Part shown: positions 44,122-44,431 of the stretch, piece by piece
Position numbering within the stretch: the first letter of the stretch is position 1
How the letters are laid out: each line of letters opens with the position of its first letter
Virus record (IMG/VR): IMGVR_UViG_3300033153_002357
Coordinates: 1-44,431 of that record
DNA length: 44,431 nucleotides
Source: a virus
Taxonomy: Duplodnaviria; Caudoviricetes
Strand: one strand, 5' to 3'
Position numbers and translations under genes: made by a program
Notes under the pieces: model-generated
Seen by the model: only the letters and a program-made list of their open reading frames with translations
Database searches by the model: none
What the model was told of the DNA's origin: nothing

Positions 44122-44431
44122 TATTCTTTACTCCTTGAATATGGGTTAGTAAATATTGTGTAACCAGCAATATTGTCTGTGTTAGAAATGTATATCCCAT
44201 TAGGAAAAATAATTCTACCACCAAAATCTAAATCAAAGTTTTTACCATCTGGTATATCTATATCACAAAGAGTATCACCATTGTTATCAGCTAAAGTAAA
44301 TCTACCCGCTCCATTTCCATCAGTTGAAACACTTAAAGCTTCTAGTCTTGTAGGAATATTTTCAAAATCACTAGAAGGTGTTTGAGAAACACTTGCCCCT
44401 GAAGAAGCTGCTTGGGCTGTAGTTCCGTTTA
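44121..44431 (-). CDS. Partial structural-operon protein (start lies beyond the right edge)
   Basis: Hand translation ...PTRLEALSVSTDGNGAG...IIFPNGIYISNTDNIAGYTIFTNPYSRSKE*; TAATG coupling to the next gene. Confidence 0.75.
   Translation of the reverse strand, partial: NGTTAQAASSGASVSQTPSSDFENIPTRLEALSVSTDGNGAGRFTLADNNGDTLCDIDIPDGKNFDLDFGGRIIFPNGIYISNTDNIAGYTIFTNPYSRSKE

Noticed and set aside
44173-44385. 70-aa plus-strand ORF
   Set aside because: Antisense to the partial minus-strand structural gene that is coupled to 43192-44121
1-44431. Stop-codon reassignment or integrated prophage boundaries
   Set aside because: Genes tile densely under the standard code; no host genes, integrase or att-like duplication seen

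Overview
AT-rich, gene-dense segment of a tailed dsDNA phage genome (podovirus-like). From recollection of gene content it resembles marine SAR11/Pelagibacter phages of the HTVC023P type; this was not verified by a search. Left to right: (1) a control region with divergent promoters, a repeated ATATAGGATAAT motif, a ~380-nt array of GC-rich stem-loops, CAAGC heptamer arrays, a Gp88-like Fe-S protein, a resolvase-like nuclease, terminase small subunit and an iteron/IHF-like site; (2) early/accessory and lysis genes (exonuclease, free-standing LAGLIDADG protein, methyltransferase, RNA polymerase alpha-CTD-like protein, M15 peptidase); (3) a replication module (family A DNA polymerase coupled to a carbamoyltransferase, DUF3310, UvrD-like helicase, primase, SSB-like protein, SNF2 helicase); (4) a minus-strand virion operon (internal/ejection proteins, glycosyltransferases, tail stabilisation protein, three paralogous tail-collar fibre genes, adaptor proteins), interrupted by an oppositely oriented six-gene cassette of four 2OG-Fe(II) oxygenases, a ParB-like protein and a methyltransferase. 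No tRNA, rRNA, CRISPR array or integrase was seen. The best candidates for undescribed biology are a putative virion/tail-fibre chemical modification system, the structured non-coding RNA array, and a nested Trp-rich cationic peptide in the lysis region.
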